Assembly: GCA_030587365.2 (NCBI GenBank)
Contig: JAUQZE020000364.1
Coordinates: forward strand, 1 to 27,324
DNA: 27,324 bases
Direction of reading: 5' to 3'
From: Candidatus Freyarchaeota archaeon
GTDB lineage: Archaea; Asgardarchaeota; Jordiarchaeia; Jordiarchaeales; Jordiarchaeaceae
How positions within the stretch are numbered: the stretch's first letter is position 1; every line of letters begins with the position of its first letter. The translations under genes and the position numbers were made by a program. Below are positions 1 through 9,457 of the stretch, piece after piece. The notes below the pieces were generated by a model that was not told the DNA's origin, searched no databases, and was given only the letters and a program-made list of their open reading frames with translations.

Positions 1-1
1 C

Positions 2-187
2 CTCGAAGGCTGTTAGAGGTAACTCAACCCTTCTTTCTATAGCTCGTTTTTCTACGGCTTCCTTCCTGTTATTGACAGATTGTTTTAGCGCAATCATGCA
101 ACACACCACCAATATCGAGAGCACTAAGTAAAGGATGACTTCCTCCAAAGTCTCTTCGACCCCTACTCCTGGAGCTGGAAACTCCAA
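2..187 (-). CDS. Partial ORF running off the left edge. Hypothetical protein with an N-terminal hydrophobic (membrane-anchor-like) segment. Start codon uncertain (TTG 187, TTG 148 or ATG 97).
   Basis: My own translation of the minus frame shows it open from the upstream stop (230-232) down to position 2. It reads ...GLEFPAPGVGVEETLEEVILYLVLSILVVCCMIALKQSVNNRKEAVEKRAIERRVELPLTAFE. It is absent from the supplied track, presumably because it is truncated by the window edge. Confidence 0.3.
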   Translation of the reverse strand, partial: MEFPAPGVGVEETLEEVILYLVLSILVVCCMIALKQSVNNRKEAVEKRAIERRVELPLTAFE

Positions 188-570
188 TCCAAGTAGTAGT
201 GCCCAGTTTCGATTCCTCAGCCAGTTAGTTTATATAAACTATTTTTAATATTTAAACGTTATCTCTGAAGACAAAATCACATTTTTCTTAGCATTTACTA
301 TTGTGGGGTGTTGTTTTATGGCTTTCCTCGTCTTCTACGCCTTAAAATTTGTGTTTCCCCCTCTTTAAACGCCGATTCTGGGATCTAAACCCAGAAATTT
401 CCAAAAAAATGCACTAATCCACAATAAGTTACTCCAGTTAATAGTGTTGTGATAAAAAACCACTTATTTTAATACAACCTTTTTTTGACACTTCTGTTTA
501 CCTTTTTATAGGTTCTGCAAACTGATAGAATTTCCAGCTTATGCCAGATCGCCCTTTACACAAATGATAA

Positions 571-1032
571 TCATTCTTTTAAGCCCAGATAGTTTAGTAG
601 TCTACTGAAACCCAGTAGTGCTTCCTTTCTTGTTTTGTCCATTATCTCCTCGTCAAACTTCATAACTGTTTCAGATATTATTTCTAATAGATCATTCACT
701 AGTTTTTGCCTCCACTTGGAGGGGCTGTCTAAATGTTCTTCTATCATTTCGAAGAATAACTTTGGTTTTTTAATGAAAATTTCTTCGACCCCATCACGGA
801 TGTATGTGATTTCTAGCTTTTCTTGATGCTTCTGGATTAGATGCTGTATTATGCGTTGTCCCCATTCAGGCTTTCTGTGGCAAATGAATTTTAGCATGCT
901 ACTTCTAACCACTTTGCTTTCTTGGGCTGTGCTGTCAAAGTATTCAATTATTTTGGACTCATTTTTTTCTAAAAAATCTATTAGTTCTGCTCCGTAGAAC
1001 TCAGCCTTGTTTGCTTTTTCAGATTCGCCCAT
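571..1032 (-). CDS. Hypothetical protein (153 aa, helical, Glu/Lys-rich); no family recognised.
   Basis: Track ORF 571..1095. I prefer the internal ATG at 1032 (MGESEKANK...) because GGTGAT lies 4 nt upstream on the minus strand (plus 1037-1042 atcacc). Confidence 0.6.
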   Translation of the reverse strand: MGESEKANKAEFYGAELIDFLEKNESKIIEYFDSTAQESKVVRSSMLKFICHRKPEWGQRIIQHLIQKHQEKLEITYIRDGVEEIFIKKPKLFFEMIEEHLDSPSKWRQKLVNDLLEIISETVMKFDEEIMDKTRKEALLGFSRLLNYLGLKE

Positions 1033-1329
1033 GATAATCACCACCAATATTTTAGATATTTTATTCCATCCATCTAAAGCATAAAATCCTAACACGTTTA
1101 GCCAATTATAATCAACGCACGATTTTTATAAATTTAGGAAGTGTTAGAGCTTTAAAAACTAGATATTAACATATCTCTATAAAGGTGTTAGTTGTGTTAA
1201 TTTGAGAAATGTGCCTGTGAAAATGTCAATATACACTTCAAAAAATTCCTTAAATTAGTGGAGTTTTTAAGATAGATTCAGATATAAATAGTACCCCCCT
1301 TCCAAGAGTTCTTGCTTAGGGTCTAGTAA

Positions 1330-1386
1330 GGAGCCAGGTAGTGTGAACCGCATCCACCCCCCTGTTTTTTCTTTTTTCCTGGCTCC
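1330..1386. repeat. Perfect 9-bp inverted repeat GGAGCCAGG (1330-1338) / CCTGGCTCC (1378-1386) in a GC-rich island. Possible small structured RNA of unknown class.
   Basis: Read directly from the sequence. A TATA-like GATATAAATA lies at 1281-1290 (+), and T6-C-T6 lies at 1365-1377 inside the loop. Confidence 0.3.
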
Positions 1387-1461
1387 TTCCCTCCTCCCTT
1401 TTAAGTCAGCAAACTAAGGTGTTTCAATTCTTAACTAGTTTATTTTTTAAAAGCGATATTT

Positions 1462-1740
1462 TTATCGGTACCTAATACTAAAATTTTTAAACTCGCCGGT
1501 GTAGTCTTCGAAGATAACTTTTATGTCGGCCACTTTAGCAGATGGGGGCCCCTGCTTGCAAAATTTAATCATTTCTTCGACTTTTTCTTTCTCTCCTTCG
1601 AATACGGCTTCTACTCTTCCATCGCTGAGATTTCTCACCCATCCCGTTACTCCCCTACTATCAGCTTCATCTTTTGTGTACGACCTAAAAAAGACGCCTT
1701 GCACTCTTCCGCTGACAAATACATGGGCTCTAACTTTCAT
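1462..1740 (-). CDS. acyP: Acylphosphatase
   Basis: The sequence VRAHVFVSGRVQGVFFRSYTKDEADSRGVTGWVRNLSDGRVEAVFEG...FSIRY is the classic acylphosphatase fold signature, and the length (~92 aa) fits. The start is moved to ATG 1740, where GGTGAT lies 4 nt upstream. Confidence 0.9.
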   Translation of the reverse strand: MKVRAHVFVSGRVQGVFFRSYTKDEADSRGVTGWVRNLSDGRVEAVFEGEKEKVEEMIKFCKQGPPSAKVADIKVIFEDYTGEFKNFSIRYR

Positions 1741-1957
1741 ACTCATCACCGACGGTAAATAAGAAGCCTTTTTGATATGTTTGAATAATCAATTATAAAT
1801 TTTAAACGTATATTGGATTTATTTCTAACTGTTTTACTACCCTCTTTGTGATATTTTTGCTCTGGTTTCTATTCTTGCCTTTTCTATTTTTTTCAAGTAT
1901 TTTCTCAAAATTCTTAGATAAAATCTTTTTTATATATGTTAGTTCTTAATATTAGTT

Positions 1958-2164
1958 ATGAAACCAATATCTGTCAAGCTTCCTATAGAATATATAGAGG
2001 GTTTAGAAACATTAGTGAGAAACGGCTACTATGCAAACCTTCGCGAAGCTATAAGATTTGCTATTCGAGACCTTTTGGTAAAGGAGGGATACCCCGAGTT
2101 CAATCAAGGGATAAAACGAGGTCGGGCTTATACTCAAATACCTCTTACATATCCGGGAAGATAA
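1958..2164 (+). CDS. Ribbon-helix-helix (CopG/NikR-like) DNA-binding protein.
   Basis: The N-terminus MKPISVKLPIEYIEGLETLVRNGYYANLREAIRFAIRDLL matches the RHH beta-strand/helix/helix pattern. The overlapping ORF 1936..2217 in another frame is disregarded. Confidence 0.65.
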   Translation: MKPISVKLPIEYIEGLETLVRNGYYANLREAIRFAIRDLLVKEGYPEFNQGIKRGRAYTQIPLTYPGR

Positions 2165-2317
2165 CCATATCTCCAGAAAATACTCCAGCGACTAGGTTCA
2201 AAATAAATAAGTTCTAGAAAAATTTTTGCTCTTTTTCAAAGTATTTAGTAGTTATATTGAAAAATATAAATGGTTGTGTTAATCACAGAGCGCCTTTAGC
2301 ATAGTTGGTGTATCCTA

Positions 2318-3016
2318 GTGGTTTCAATATGTGTTCCTGTAGCGGCTGAAAATCCAAAAATATTGCTGGAAAAGATTACTTCGACTGTGGAAAAGGCTCC
2401 TGATTTCATTGAGGTTAGAGTAGATTATCTTAAAGACCTGAATATTGACTTTTTAGAACTAGTCTCTAAAACCTCCATTCCCCTAATATTAACTGTGAGG
2501 AAAAAGAGTGAAGGAGGATTGTTTAAGTTCGGAGAGAAGAAGAGGATTGAGATTTTAGAAAAATGTATTGAAGCTAAACCGAGATTTGTAGATTTAGAGT
2601 TAAGTACAAGTAGACCCTCCTTAGGGCGGTTGTTAAAAACTGCGGAGCACAATTCAGTGGGCGTCATTCTATCGTTTCATTCATTTAAAAACACGCCTAA
2701 AAGGGAAAAACTGGTAGAGAAAATTCGTCAAGCGGCCCAAATAGGAGTAGACCTGGTGAAAATCGTGACTTTCGCCAGGGAGATAAAAGATAACCTCACC
2801 ACACTTTCCCTCCCTCAAGAGGCCCATGATTTGGGAATCAAGATAATCTCATTTTGCATGGGAGAAAAAGGTATAATCTCCAGGGTTTTATGTCCCTTCT
2901 TCGGCTCTTATCTAACTTACGCTTCACTGGAAACAAGTACTGCTCCAGGCCAAATAGATTTAGAGGTTATGAGAAAAATACACAAGATTTTCTATTCCCT
3001 TATGAAGTTTAACTAG
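2318..3016 (+). CDS. aroD: 3-dehydroquinate dehydratase, type I
   Basis: Motifs IEVRVDYL, ILSFHSF (catalytic His region), VKIVTFA (Schiff-base Lys region) and CMGEKG. GTG start with GGTG 7 nt upstream. First gene of the aro cluster. Confidence 0.88.
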   Translation: MVSICVPVAAENPKILLEKITSTVEKAPDFIEVRVDYLKDLNIDFLELVSKTSIPLILTVRKKSEGGLFKFGEKKRIEILEKCIEAKPRFVDLELSTSRPSLGRLLKTAEHNSVGVILSFHSFKNTPKREKLVEKIRQAAQIGVDLVKIVTFAREIKDNLTTLSLPQEAHDLGIKIISFCMGEKGIISRVLCPFFGSYLTYASLETSTAPGQIDLEVMRKIHKIFYSLMKFN

Positions 3017-3067
3017 CCAATGTTCTAAATGTTGCTAGATAAAAGTATAAAATTGGAGGCTCATAGG

Positions 3068-3919
3068 ATGTGGAGCGGCACCAAAGTTATCTGCGTGATT
3101 GGTGATCCTATTGATCACTCATTATCTCCCAGAATGCACAATGCTGCCTTCAAACACTTGGGTCTTAACTACGTGTATGTTCCTTTTAGGGTTCTGAAAG
3201 CAGATTTGAAATATGCTGTGAGAGGGATAAGGGCCTTAAACATAAGGGGGTTTAATGTCACAATTCCGCATAAGGTTTCGATAATGAAGTTTTTGGATGA
3301 GGTTGACTCCACAGCTCTGAAAATAGGGTCAGTTAATACAGTGGTAAATGAGGATGGGAAACTCTTGGGATATAATACTGACGGTCTGGGTTTTTCAGAA
3401 GCTTTACGAGAGGAAGGAGTAAATCCAGAAGGGAAAAAAGTAGTGCTTATCGGGGCTGGAGGGGCTTCGAGAGCAATCTCTTTTTACCTTGCTGGTGTGT
3501 GTTCAAAATTAACTATCTTGAACCGTACGAGGAGTAAGGCTGTAAGGCTGGCTAGAGAGTTAACAAGCCTTGGTTGCAAAGTTTATGGGAAAGGTTTAAC
3601 AACAAAATCCTTGGAGAAGGAGCTAGCTGATTGTGACTTGCTAGTTAACACGACTTCTGTGGGTATGTATCCTAATGTGGGAGAGTCACCTGTCCCCAAA
3701 AATTTCTTGCGCAAGGATTTGGTGGTTTTTGATATTGTTTACAATCCTTTAGAAACCCTGCTTTTAAGTTATGCCCGGGAAATCGGCGCAAAAGCTGTGG
3801 ATGGAGTTGGGATGCTAATCAATCAAGGTGCAATTGGTTTTAAAATGTGGACAGGAGTTGAGGCCCCTAAAGACGTTATGAGAAGAGCAGTAATTGATAG
3901 TTTGCGTGGAAGGGATTAA
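3068..3919 (+). CDS. aroE: Shikimate 5-dehydrogenase
   Basis: Motifs GDPIDHSLSPRMHNAAF, NVTIPHK, YNTDG and GAGGASRA. Start moved from 3029 to ATG 3068, which has GGAGG (3055-3059) upstream. Confidence 0.92.
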   Translation: MWSGTKVICVIGDPIDHSLSPRMHNAAFKHLGLNYVYVPFRVLKADLKYAVRGIRALNIRGFNVTIPHKVSIMKFLDEVDSTALKIGSVNTVVNEDGKLLGYNTDGLGFSEALREEGVNPEGKKVVLIGAGGASRAISFYLAGVCSKLTILNRTRSKAVRLARELTSLGCKVYGKGLTTKSLEKELADCDLLVNTTSVGMYPNVGESPVPKNFLRKDLVVFDIVYNPLETLLLSYAREIGAKAVDGVGMLINQGAIGFKMWTGVEAPKDVMRRAVIDSLRGRD

Positions 3920-3922
3920 GGA

Positions 3923-4783
3923 TTGAAAGGTAGAGCTTTAGCTTTCGGAGCGGGAACAGTTGTAAATGCTATTGCTACTGGTTTTGGCGCTGCTTTTGGA
4001 ATCGCTCTTTGGACAAAGGCAGAAGTGGAACTTTTGAATGAACCAGGATTTTTCGAGGGAAAAATTCTAAATGAGCCCTCCGAGAATACTAGGCTAATAT
4101 GTACCACTGTTAAACATGTCTTGAATCACTTCAAACTGAGCCGGGAATATGGTGCTCGAGTGATTACTGATTCCATAATTCCTATCTCTAAGGGGCTTAA
4201 GAGTAGTAGTGTAGCCGCCAACGCAGTTGCCTTAGCCACTGTTGCGGCTCTGAAAGAAAACTTAGAGGATCTGGAAATCATTCGTATAGGCGTTGAGGCG
4301 GCTCTAGAGTCGGGAGTAACTATAACGGGAGCTTTTGACGACGCTTGTGCATCATATTTTGGTGGGTATGTAGTCACAGATAATCTAAAGAGAATATTGA
4401 TTAGTAGACAGCAACTTAAGGAAGATTTGGCAGTAATGATTCAGGTGCCACCCGGAAAGAGCCACAGAGAGGGTAACATTAAAAGAATGAAATCCATTAA
4501 AAACTATGTAGAACACGTTTTTAACCTCGCTCTGAATGGAGAATACAAAACTGCAATAACTCTAAACGGCCTGCTCTACTCTGCAGCCTTGGGTTACGAC
4601 GCAGAAGCTACAGTCAGAGCCCTTGAAGCTGGAGCGGTTTCAGCGGGATTAACAGGAACTGGGCCCGCGACAATTGCGCTATGCCCTAGAGACGTTTGTG
4701 ACGATATCGAAACTTCCTGGAAAGAGTTAGAAGGTAGAATTATTCGCACCGAATTTAATAACGAAAAGGCCAAAGTACTCTAG
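3923..4783 (+). CDS. aroK: Archaeal-type (GHMP-kinase family) shikimate kinase
   Basis: The N-terminus GAGTVVNAIATGFGAAFGI and the GHMP motif PISKGLKSSSVAANA resemble the Methanocaldococcus-type shikimate kinase. The gene starts 3 nt after the aroE stop. Confidence 0.87.
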   Translation: MKGRALAFGAGTVVNAIATGFGAAFGIALWTKAEVELLNEPGFFEGKILNEPSENTRLICTTVKHVLNHFKLSREYGARVITDSIIPISKGLKSSSVAANAVALATVAALKENLEDLEIIRIGVEAALESGVTITGAFDDACASYFGGYVVTDNLKRILISRQQLKEDLAVMIQVPPGKSHREGNIKRMKSIKNYVEHVFNLALNGEYKTAITLNGLLYSAALGYDAEATVRALEAGAVSAGLTGTGPATIALCPRDVCDDIETSWKELEGRIIRTEFNNEKAKVL

Positions 4784-4796
4784 AGAGGTAATTTTC

Positions 4797-6095
4797 ATGA
4801 ATCTAGTAGTTAATGGTGGAGGTAGTCTGCAAGGAGCTGTTTCTGCCCCTCCCTCAAAAAGTTATACTCACAGAGCTTTTATTATATCAACTCTTGCTGA
4901 GGGGAAGTCTGAAATTTTTGAGCCCCTAATTAGTAGAGACACTCTCGCATCCATAAGGGCTTGTGAAGCCTTAGGCGCGGTTATTGAGAGGAGAGGCGAA
5001 AAGGTATGGTGCGTTTCAGGTTCTCCGTCACCCAAAACACCAGAAGATGTTATAAATGTTGATAATTCAGGAACCACAATTCGTATTATGACTGCTGTCT
5101 CCTCCTTAGCTCCAGGATTTACTGTACTTACAGGCGACTCCTCAATCAGGCAGAGGCCAATGGGCCCACTTATTAAATCTTTGGGAGATTTAGGAGTGAG
5201 ATGTTTTTCTACAAAGGGTGATGACAAACCTCCCATTGTGGTGGAGGGCGGAGGTATTAAAGGAGGAAAAACAAATATTCCTGGACATATCAGCTCCCAA
5301 TTTATTTCAGCTCTACTTATTGCCTGTCCTTTAGCTAAAAACGAAACAAGAATAAGTTTTACCTCCGAACTAAAATCAGAGCCCTATCTTGAAATGACCA
5401 TGGAGGTTCTAAGCCTTTTCAAGGGAAATATAAAATACTTACCAAATATGGGTGTGGTTATACCCCCAAAACAGACATACTCACCAGCCAGCGTTAGGAT
5501 TCCAGGGGACTTCTCTTCGGCTGCATTTATTCTTTCAGCCGCGGCTATAACTGATTCCGATGTAAAAATCCATAATTTGGACATGGGTTCCAAGCAGGGC
5601 GATAAGAAAATTGTCGATATACTTATCAAAATGGGTGCTGAGGTCGAATTGGGAGAAAATTATGTTAGGATAATTGGAGGTCATAAACTAAAGGGCATCT
5701 CTTTTGATTGTGGTAATAACCCTGATTTGCTGCCCATTCTTGCTGTTTTAGGGTCAGTTGCAGAGGGTAAAACCGATATCTTTAATGCACAACATGTTCG
5801 CTACAAAGAGAGCGATCGCGTATCTGCCATGGCTAAAGAACTATCCAAAATGGGCATTCGCATAGATGAAAAGATAGATGGTCTTACCATTCATGGTGGG
5901 AAATTAAAAGGGGCTCATGTTGAAACTTATAATGACCATAGGATACTCATGGCCCTTGCAGTAGCTGCTCTAGCGGCAGAAGGGGAAACTATTATTTCGG
6001 GAGTGGAGTCTGTAGATGTTTCTTACCCCTCCTTTCTTGAGGATATGAATTTCCTAGGTGCGAATTTTAGGAGAATGAATAAAAATGACGGGTAA
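4797..6095 (+). CDS. aroA: 3-phosphoshikimate 1-carboxyvinyltransferase (EPSP synthase)
   Basis: Motifs PPSKSYTHRA, NSGTTIRIM, RQRPMGPL and NDHRILMA. GAGGT Shine-Dalgarno upstream. Confidence 0.95.
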   Translation: MNLVVNGGGSLQGAVSAPPSKSYTHRAFIISTLAEGKSEIFEPLISRDTLASIRACEALGAVIERRGEKVWCVSGSPSPKTPEDVINVDNSGTTIRIMTAVSSLAPGFTVLTGDSSIRQRPMGPLIKSLGDLGVRCFSTKGDDKPPIVVEGGGIKGGKTNIPGHISSQFISALLIACPLAKNETRISFTSELKSEPYLEMTMEVLSLFKGNIKYLPNMGVVIPPKQTYSPASVRIPGDFSSAAFILSAAAITDSDVKIHNLDMGSKQGDKKIVDILIKMGAEVELGENYVRIIGGHKLKGISFDCGNNPDLLPILAVLGSVAEGKTDIFNAQHVRYKESDRVSAMAKELSKMGIRIDEKIDGLTIHGGKLKGAHVETYNDHRILMALAVAALAAEGETIISGVESVDVSYPSFLEDMNFLGANFRRMNKNDG

Positions 6096-7188
6096 TATAT
6101 TTGGTGACAGGTTTGTTTTAGTGTCATTTGGCGAAAGTCATGGGAGATGTGTGGGCGCCGTTATAGACGGGTGCCCCGCAGGACTAATGCTTTCCGAGAA
6201 AGATATACAGAGAGAGTTGGACAGACGAAAACCTGGACAAAGCGGGATAACCACTACTCGAAGTGAGGCCGACGAAGTTGAAATCCTCTCGGGATTATTT
6301 GAGGGATACACTACAGGCGCTCCAATATGTATGGTTGTTTGGAATAAGGATGTAGACTCTACAAAATATGAAACTGTTAAGTATGAACCACGACCTGGGC
6401 ATGCCGACTACACCGCGTTTGTCAGATATGGCGGTTTCAATGATCCTCGTGGGGGAGGAAGACTATCAGGGAGAACTACAATCTCTTATATTATGGGAGG
6501 CGCTGTAGCTAAAAAATTGCTCCGGGAAACTCTTAATGTTGAAATTCTGGCGCACACCACTGAAATCGGAGGAGTAAAGGCGGAAAGTAAATCATTAGAG
6601 GAAATAAGACAAGCTGACAGTAATCCCGTGAGGTGTGCTGACACCGAAGCGGCAAAGCAAATGATAGCACGCATAAATGAAGCGCAGAAACAAAAAGATA
6701 GTGTGGGAGGAACTATTCAATGCATAGCATTAAACGTCCCAGCGGGATTGGGTGACCCTGTTTTCAACACTCTTGAAGGTGACATAAGTAAGGCGCTCTA
6801 CTCTATACCCGCAGTTAAAAGCGTCGAGTTCGGAAGCGGGGTAGACTCAGCTAAAATGACTGGTTCCCAGCACAACGATCCCTTTGCTCTGCGTGAGGGC
6901 AAAATAATTACACTTTCAAACTATGCGGGAGGAATTCTGGGTGGAATAAGCAATGGAATGCCCATAACCTGTAGAGTTACCATAAAGCCCACGCCATCAA
7001 TCCGCAAAAAGCAACAAACAGTAAATCTGTTAAAAATGAAGGAAACCACAATAGAAGTCGAGGGAAGACATGACCCTTGCATAGTGCCCAGAGCCATTCC
7101 CGTTGTGGAAGCAATGGTTGCAATGGTTATTCTGGATCACGCGATTTCAGCCCACCTTATTCCAAGAGTTTTAGGGAAAAAAATTTGA
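6085..7188 (+). CDS. aroC: Chorismate synthase
   Basis: Motifs FGESHG, RPGHADY and EGRHDPCIVPRA. Overlaps aroA by 11 nt, which suggests translational coupling. Confidence 0.95.
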   Translation: MTGNIFGDRFVLVSFGESHGRCVGAVIDGCPAGLMLSEKDIQRELDRRKPGQSGITTTRSEADEVEILSGLFEGYTTGAPICMVVWNKDVDSTKYETVKYEPRPGHADYTAFVRYGGFNDPRGGGRLSGRTTISYIMGGAVAKKLLRETLNVEILAHTTEIGGVKAESKSLEEIRQADSNPVRCADTEAAKQMIARINEAQKQKDSVGGTIQCIALNVPAGLGDPVFNTLEGDISKALYSIPAVKSVEFGSGVDSAKMTGSQHNDPFALREGKIITLSNYAGGILGGISNGMPITCRVTIKPTPSIRKKQQTVNLLKMKETTIEVEGRHDPCIVPRAIPVVEAMVAMVILDHAISAHLIPRVLGKKI

Positions 7189-7385
7189 GAGAATAAACCG
7201 CCCGCAAGTTCTAGGTTCAAAATTACATATTTTATTCCGAATAGATGTAGCTAAAATAGTAAATGATTACTTGTTTGTGGTGAGAATAACCCATAAAAGC
7301 TACTAGAAAGTTTTAAACAATAACCGCTTTATGAGAAAATTAAATCAGTAGATTAGTGGTGTGAAAATTTTTTGAGGTAAACACT

Positions 7386-7655
7386 TTGGAGGACCTAGAA
7401 GCTCTTAGATTGAAAATCGTTGATGTTACAATTGAAATTTTAAAACTAGTAAAGAAACGCCTAGAACTAGCAAGAGAGGCAAAAAGAATAAAGGCACAAA
7501 AAGGACTTCCCATAAAAGACGAATACGCCGAGAGGAGACTTCTATCCAAAGTGCTAGAGACCTGCGAAGAACTAAATATTTTTCCTGAACTCGGCGAAGA
7601 GTTAACTAAACTGCTAATAAAATATTCAATAAAAATTCAGGAAGAAGACGAATAA
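7386..7655 (+). CDS. Chorismate mutase (AroQ class, monofunctional)
   Basis: All-helical 89 aa protein with LEALRLKIVDVTIEILKLVKKRLELAREAKRIKAQKGLPIKDEYAE, typical of AroQ. TTG start with GAGGT (7374-7378) 7 nt upstream. Confidence 0.82.
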   Translation: MEDLEALRLKIVDVTIEILKLVKKRLELAREAKRIKAQKGLPIKDEYAERRLLSKVLETCEELNIFPELGEELTKLLIKYSIKIQEEDE

Positions 7656-7696
7656 TTAAGTATAGACTACCACTCTGTGTAATAAGAGGGATAAGG

Positions 7697-8611
7697 ATGA
7701 AGACTTCTAGGGTTGCAATTGTGGGTGGATCTGGACGTATGGGTTCATGGTTTTCTCAATACTTCAAAGATAAAAAATACTCAGTAGTTCTGAGTGCAAG
7801 GAACCGTGAGAAATTAATTGCCGCAGCAAAGAAACTTGGAGTGAGCTACGCAGAAAACAATGCGGAAGCTGTGAAAAACGCGGACCTAGTAATGGTTTCT
7901 GTGCCCATTTCTAGCACGGTAAGCATTATAAAAGAGATAGCTCCCTTCTTAAAACCCAAAACAATACTCTTTGATATAGCTTCCGTTAAAGGGGATATAC
8001 CCAAAACTTTAGAGGAACAGAGTTTGAAGTACGGATTCAAAGCGGTTAGTGTTCACCCAATGTTTGGGCCAGGCGCAACAAGCCTAAAAGGTCACATCGT
8101 GGCAATTATACCAATTCCCGGCTCGGAGGATGCGGCCGCAAAACTGGAGCAACTGTTTAGTGATGATGGTGCCCGGGTAGTGGTAACTGATGGTAAGACT
8201 CACGATAGAATGATTAGTGTCGTACTTGGTTTACCTCACTTTTTGAATATACTATTCGGAGCAGCGTTATTAGAAGTTCCGGAAGCTATTTCCCAGATTA
8301 GAGAGTTCTCAGGAACCACATTCGAATTACAGCTTCTTTTAGCCGAATGCGTTTTTGGAGAAGACCCAGAACTATACTCCGAAATACAAATGGTTAACAA
8401 AGATTTCGTAAACTTTCTGGGAAAGCTGGAAAAAGTGTTCAGCGATTTAAAAAAAACCATAGAACAAAATAATGAGGCAGTATTCTTCAAAAACTTTGAA
8501 AGGGTAAGAGAAAAACTAGCTCAGGACACCAAATATGCAAGCGCCTATAATAACTTATATAAGATAATCAAAATTTTGAAAAATAGCGAAGGTTATACAA
8601 AAGAAAATTAA
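7697..8611 (+). CDS. tyrA: Prephenate dehydrogenase
   Basis: N-terminal Rossmann motif VAIVGGSGRMGSWF, plus HPMFGP and THDRMISVVLGLPHF. Confidence 0.85.
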   Translation: MKTSRVAIVGGSGRMGSWFSQYFKDKKYSVVLSARNREKLIAAAKKLGVSYAENNAEAVKNADLVMVSVPISSTVSIIKEIAPFLKPKTILFDIASVKGDIPKTLEEQSLKYGFKAVSVHPMFGPGATSLKGHIVAIIPIPGSEDAAAKLEQLFSDDGARVVVTDGKTHDRMISVVLGLPHFLNILFGAALLEVPEAISQIREFSGTTFELQLLLAECVFGEDPELYSEIQMVNKDFVNFLGKLEKVFSDLKKTIEQNNEAVFFKNFERVREKLAQDTKYASAYNNLYKIIKILKNSEGYTKEN

Positions 8612-8804
8612 ATTGTTATCCAACCCGCGACGGTGAGGGGGACAAACCTAAAAAATACCAGCGTATTCCCACTGGCACTCAAACACTTACCCGCTAAACG
8701 TTCCAGATAAAATAGGAAAACTAAGTTTTTCCATAGAAGATCCTATACGCTGAAGATTTTATGAACGTGCTTCTCATAGTGATAGTTGTGCGAATCTAAT
8801 TGTC

Positions 8805-9101
8805 CTATATTTTTCCATCTTTAATCAAATCTAGCGCCTTTTCGACTTTTTTGTTATACTTTAAAACCTTATTCCTAACCTCTTCTTTGCTGGGAGCTGC
8901 TACAATTTTTCCGTTCTCAGCGTTCACTATTATTTCTCCCACATCCCCAATGTATTTTCCAAGGGCGATATGTTGATAGCCAAATATGGCTTTCCAGTAC
9001 CCCTCATCTAAGTAGAGTTTGCGTAACTTGAAAACGAGACCATAATTATCAACTATATACGTTCCAATGATTTTCTTAACATCAGATGCTTCAATGGGCA
9101 T
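8805..9101 (-). CDS. Hypothetical protein (98 aa)
   Basis: Track ORF 8805..9110. Start moved to ATG 9101 (MPIEASDV...), with GGTGAT 4 nt upstream (plus 9106-9111 atcacc). No family recognised. Confidence 0.55.
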   Translation of the reverse strand: MPIEASDVKKIIGTYIVDNYGLVFKLRKLYLDEGYWKAIFGYQHIALGKYIGDVGEIIVNAENGKIVAAPSKEEVRNKVLKYNKKVEKALDLIKDGKI

Positions 9102-9457
9102 AATAATCACCGTCTCTCTGCAAATAATTAGCTAGTCAACATTAAATCTGTTTTGTTGCCACTCATTTTCCATAATTTTTCTTCTAAGCATGCGGAGAAA
9201 TATCCTTTTTCTCTATTTTTCGATTTTTGGTGAGTGCCGAAAAGAAAATCAACTTATTTGAACACTATTGAGTAATTTCTTGGAAAAAAATGAGCTTTAA
9301 AAAATTGTTCCATATTTTTTTTACCGCTTCCCAATAACTATGTTTTAGCATTCTGTTTGTGTTATAATTGAATCATTCTGGAAAACGTTTGTTCTTTTTG
9401 ATACACTATTTTAAAATATCCTTATGGAAATATGTTCGTCCAAAAGGTGAAAAGGGA

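Noticed and set aside
571-1095. The longest-ORF starts given in the track: 1095, 1749, 3029, 9110, 9368, 23545 and 25090.
   Set aside because: For 1095, 1749 and 9110 an internal ATG lies 4 nt downstream of GGTGAT. For 3029 and 9368 the internal ATG follows GGAGG (8 nt) or GGTGA (8 nt). For 23545 and 25090 the Shine-Dalgarno support is weak, and the internal ATG is preferred because it gives a family-typical N-terminus. The upstream extensions add AT-rich, non-conserved-looking residues. These remain predictions.
1936-2217. A 93-aa ORF overlapping the RHH gene in another frame.
   Set aside because: The 68-aa frame gives a clean ribbon-helix-helix pattern. The 93-aa frame gives a compositionally odd sequence with no motif.
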